Assembly (NCBI GenBank): GCA_965215265.1
Contig: OZ244048.1
Location: forward strand, 3,168,001-3,232,000
Direction: 5' to 3'
DNA: 64,000 nt
Source: Candidatus Poribacteria bacterium
GTDB taxonomy: Bacteria; Poribacteria; WGA-4E; WGA-3G
In this document: positions 60,432-64,000 of the stretch, one piece after another
Layout: each line of letters begins with the position of its first letter
Numbering within the stretch: the stretch's first letter is position 1
Made by a program: the position numbers and the translations under genes
Notes under the pieces: model-generated
Told to the model about the DNA's origin: nothing
What the model saw: the letters and a program-made list of their open reading frames with translations, nothing else
Databases searched by the model: none

Positions 60432-60529
60432 TTACGTTCCTTGGCGTTCGGATATCGAATTCCTGTTCACGTTTATCTTATCTTATGCGACGCATAATTG
60501 TCAAGAGGAATACGAAAAATTGGTTTTCC

Positions 60530-60558
60530 TTGACAGGATTCCGATGCCTCCGTATAAT
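60530..60558 (+). promoter_or_regulatory. Perfect sigma70 promoter of comEC
   Basis: TTGACA-17-TATAAT. Confidence 0.75.
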
Positions 60559-60638
60559 ACTTTATCTTAAGTATTGTAACGCAATTTCGGATTTGCTTTA
60601 TATGAAAAAGTAGAAAGTTTGGGGAACGAAAAGAGGAA

Positions 60639-63196
60639 ATGCATCGACCGGCCCTCTATTTCCTTATTCCATACCTGCTCGGCATTGCTATAGGACGGTA
60701 CACGCCGGTGCCTTCTTTCTGGCTGTGGCTCTTCACGTTGATTTGTCTGATCGGCGCGCTGCTCTGCCAACGGTTTACCAAATTGAAAAGTAAGATGCCA
60801 GTATACGTCTTGCTGCATCTCGCTGTATTTGCCAGTGGTAGCCTACGCTTGAACATCGCCGAGGTGTCGCCAATTCCGACCTATTTTTATGATAAACCGA
60901 TTCACTTTTCCGGAAGAACTGTGTATCAACCGGAGCGAGGTGAACAGTGGGATGCTTGTTATGCTATAGGACGGATTGAACTGTTGTCAACCACAACAAC
61001 GCCGAACGGTACTGAAGTCGATATTCACCCCCCCCTTCATATCCATTAAGTTATTATACAATAACGCCGAACGGTGTCAAAGTTCTCGTCCGGTTCCAGG
61101 AACCGGTGGAACTCCGATACGGAAAACAGTTGACATTGACAGGTGTCTTGCGGCAACCGCAAGCCCAACGTAATCCAGGGGGTTTTGACTATCGCGGATA
61201 CCTCGCCCGGCAGAAGGTTCACGGCATCATCGACAGCCGGGGACTGGTTCGGATTGGGAAGCAGGTAGGATTTCCACCGTTGGGTTGGATAGAAAGATTT
61301 CGTCTCCGTGTTGAAACGGCTATCGAGGCGACGTACAGAAAAAAACCGTTACACGCACAACTCATCAAAGGTATCCTACTCGGAAAGCGGAGCGATATCC
61401 GCTCAGAGACGTTGAACATTTTCCGCAATAGTGGTACTTTCCACGTGCTGGCGGTCTCCGGTTTGCACGTTGGGTTGATTGCTGCGTTCTGTTACTTGGG
61501 GTTTTCAAGGTTGCGGCTTCCAAAAAAGGTTTTATGCGTTTTGACGATTGTCGCAGTGCTGGTTTATGCGTGCATCGTTGGGTTTCGCCCGTCTGTTTTT
61601 CGTGCCTCCCTCATGGCAATTCTGTTTCTATTCGCGAGAATTATCGACCGGGATGCAGATATTTTTAACCTGCTAGCAGTTGCTGCGTTGCTTTTACTGC
61701 TTCTGAATCCAACCCAAGTGTGGGATGTCGGTTTCCAATTGTCATTCGTTGCTGTGGCGGTGATTGTCTATTTGGTGCCGAAAATGGAAAAGCATCTCCG
61801 AGATTGGTGGCAACCGCCGGAATCTTATAGAGATGACACCTCCGGAATTCAACGTCTCTTTATCAGACTTGGACGGCGTGCTTTAAAATGGCTGGTGCTT
61901 TCCTACGTTATAACATTGGCTGCCCAACTCGGCACTGGCCCTATTATCGCCTTCCATTTTTTTCGGGCGTATCCGTGGGGTATCCTTGTGGGTCCTTTTG
62001 CTGTTGGGCTCGTCTCTCTTATTGTGGCGGTAGGCCTGCTCTCGATAGGTGCGGGACTTATCTGGCTCCCGTTGGCGAAACTTCTCGCCTTGTTGAACGA
62101 TGCAATTATATTTCTGTTTTTGGAGCTCATTGCAATTTTTGGAGAGGTGGGCGGGGTGTTGAAGGTAAAACCGCCCACATTAGGGTTCTTCTGCCTTTAC
62201 GGCGGTTTGTGTTTAGGTATAGTGCATTGGCGATTCGTCTACAACCAGTGGCGATTGGCGACACTCGTTGGGCTGTGTCTCATAGCAGTCTGGGTGTGGG
62301 ACAGGGCCTTTCACGAGAAAGGGCAATTGCTGGAGGTAGTCACGTTAGATGTCGGCCAAGGGGATGCGGCTGTCATTATCTTCCCGGATAAACGGACGAT
62401 GCTCATCGACGGTGGTATCCGGCGCGCTTATTACGATGAAAAAAGGCAGAGACATATCGAGTACGATGCGGGCGAACGGATTGTCGCGCCTTATCTTGAC
62501 TCGCGAGGAATCCGTCAGTTGGATATCGTGCTGCTAACCCATCCGGATATTGACCACGGCGGCGGACTTGTACATATTTTGGAAAACTTTGATGTCAGAC
62601 AGGTAATCGGAATTTCGGATGACATCTCCGGGTCTTCAACACTTGCGCGATTACGCAACACCGCTAAAGAGAGAAGCATTCCCTACTCGTTCAAATACGC
62701 TGGCGACATCCAGTTGACACCGACAGCAACGCTCACACTCTTGCATCCGATCGACGCTTCCACTACCGAGCTGATGGACAAAGATACCAATAACGATTCG
62801 CTTGTCATCAAGCTAAGTTATGGTACGGTAGATATGCTTTTTACAGGAGATATTGGTGCGCCAGCGGAGTCCGCCTTGATCGCATCAGGTCAAGATTTAC
62901 GGGCGGAGATTCTGAAAGTACCGCATCACGGTAGTCGAACGTCAAGCACAGCACGGTTTTTAGATGCTGTTCAAGCACAGTACGCTATCTTTTCACTCGG
63001 AAAACGGAATCGGTATCGATTTCCACATCCGGATGTCGTGGCACGCTATCAGGAACGAGGATGTGTGCAGTTGCGAACAGATGAACTCGGTGCAATTACT
63101 TTGAAGACAGATGGCACCCGGTGTTGGTTTCGTTATCATGTTTTTGACGAGGGTGCTCCTTCTGATTCTTCTGATTTGACAATAAAGGGGAAATGA
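60639..63196 (+). pseudogene. comEC: DNA uptake competence protein ComEC/Rec2, frameshifted near 61011-61075
   Basis: N-terminal TM/OB part (60639-61049) plus NPGGFDY, HVLAVSGLH, DVGQGD, THPD.DH.GG and HHGS..SS in a different frame. Confidence 0.85.
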
Positions 63197-63287
63197 CGTA
63201 AAATAGAGCAGCAACCGAAAAAAAAACTAACGCAGAGATGATGTTATACGGAGAGAGAAACGCCAATTAAAGAGAGGGAAATTTTTT

Positions 63288-64000
63288 ATGAGTCAAACGA
63301 GAAAAGTTGTGATGATGAATGAAGCGGGACGAATCTGGACAGAGGAACAGGAGACTCCTGCACCAAAACCCGGACAGTTGCTAATTGAAGTGCGCGCCTC
63401 TATGGTAAGTCCCGGTACCGAGTTAGGGGGCGTGAAGCGGCGGCGGGAGAATCCGGGCGCGACAGAGAGACAACGGCCCTTTGGGTATACTAACGCCGGT
63501 GTCGTCGTAGGAAAAGCAGGTGCCTGCGGCCCGTTTAAGCTCGGCGACCGGGTATCCGGCATGGGTGGCGGGTACGCCCTCCACGCTACGTACGCTTGTG
63601 TCCCCCATAATTTGTGTGCAAAGATTCCTGATAACCTGAGCGATGAAGCAGCCGCGTCCAACCATCTCGCTGCGACGGCATTGCACGCTGTGCAACGCGG
63701 GCGTATCCGCATCGGTGAAAACGTTGTGGTTGCAGGTTTGGGCATCGTCGGGCAATTCGCGTGCCAGATTGCGAAGGCCGCTGGTGCTTACGTAATGGGG
63801 TTGGATCGGTTGCCTTTACGCGTAGCTATTGCAGAACGTGCAGGCGTTTATCGGGCAGTCAATGTATCTGAAACCGATGCGGTAGCGCTCGCAGCGGATT
63901 TTACGAACGGTTACGGCATGGATTGTGGCATCATCGCTTTCGGCGGTGACGCAACCAGTGCCTTTCAACAGATTCGGGCAATGCTCAAAAGCGCACCGGA
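63288..64000 (+). CDS. Zinc-binding (MDR) dehydrogenase, truncated at the window end
   Basis: ATG 63288 gives MSQTRKVV...SPGTE...GY.NAG...GDRV...GLGIVG. Confidence 0.85.
   Translation, partial: MSQTRKVVMMNEAGRIWTEEQETPAPKPGQLLIEVRASMVSPGTELGGVKRRRENPGATERQRPFGYTNAGVVVGKAGACGPFKLGDRVSGMGGGYALHATYACVPHNLCAKIPDNLSDEAAASNHLAATALHAVQRGRIRIGENVVVAGLGIVGQFACQIAKAAGAYVMGLDRLPLRVAIAERAGVYRAVNVSETDAVALAADFTNGYGMDCGIIAFGGDATSAFQQIRAMLKSAP

Noticed and set aside
60985-61080. TGTCAA as a target-site duplication around a 90-bp insertion in comEC
   Set aside because: Removing 90 bp does not restore the comEC frame, whereas the 65-bp deletion or +1 C does.
1-64000. CRISPR arrays, rRNA genes and intact tRNA genes
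   Set aside because: No regularly spaced repeat-spacer pattern, rRNA signature or complete cloverleaf was seen by eye.

Overview
Bacterial chromosomal window of about 50% GC. It is most consistent with Ca. Poribacteria by inference: three PhyH-type dioxygenases, a C-terminal 'GKLSTTWGNIK' sorting-like motif, a cohesin/dockerin/CTD secreted protein and a DUF6785-like membrane protein. The core is a long minus-strand run: lnt, prfB (programmed +1 frameshift), lysS, lolE, lolD, ilvE, bamA, skp, lpxD, followed directly by an archaeal-type ether-lipid module (DGGGP synthase, TrmH, 2x[4Fe-4S] ferredoxin, geranylgeranyl reductase, GGGP synthase) and then grpE, dnaJ, prmA. The top finding is that the geranylgeranyl reductase really starts at 16201 and has an in-frame TGA (16064-16066) exactly at the conserved active-site Cys (PIR-*-AEG). 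A bacterial SECIS-like hairpin follows it, making this a candidate selenocysteine GGR in a bacterial archaeal-lipid pathway. Other notable items: an archaeal-TGT-like/DUF5591-like fusion; three tandem Rpn nuclease genes with intragenic SD+ATG starts (candidate RpnS antitoxins); a fused MNT-HEPN gene; an R-M pair whose endonuclease is frameshifted at an A9 tract; comEC split by a duplicated segment containing a C8 tract; a stack of consensus sigma70 promoters; and an exact 240-bp tandem duplication. All protein family calls come from motif recognition by eye; no database search was run.
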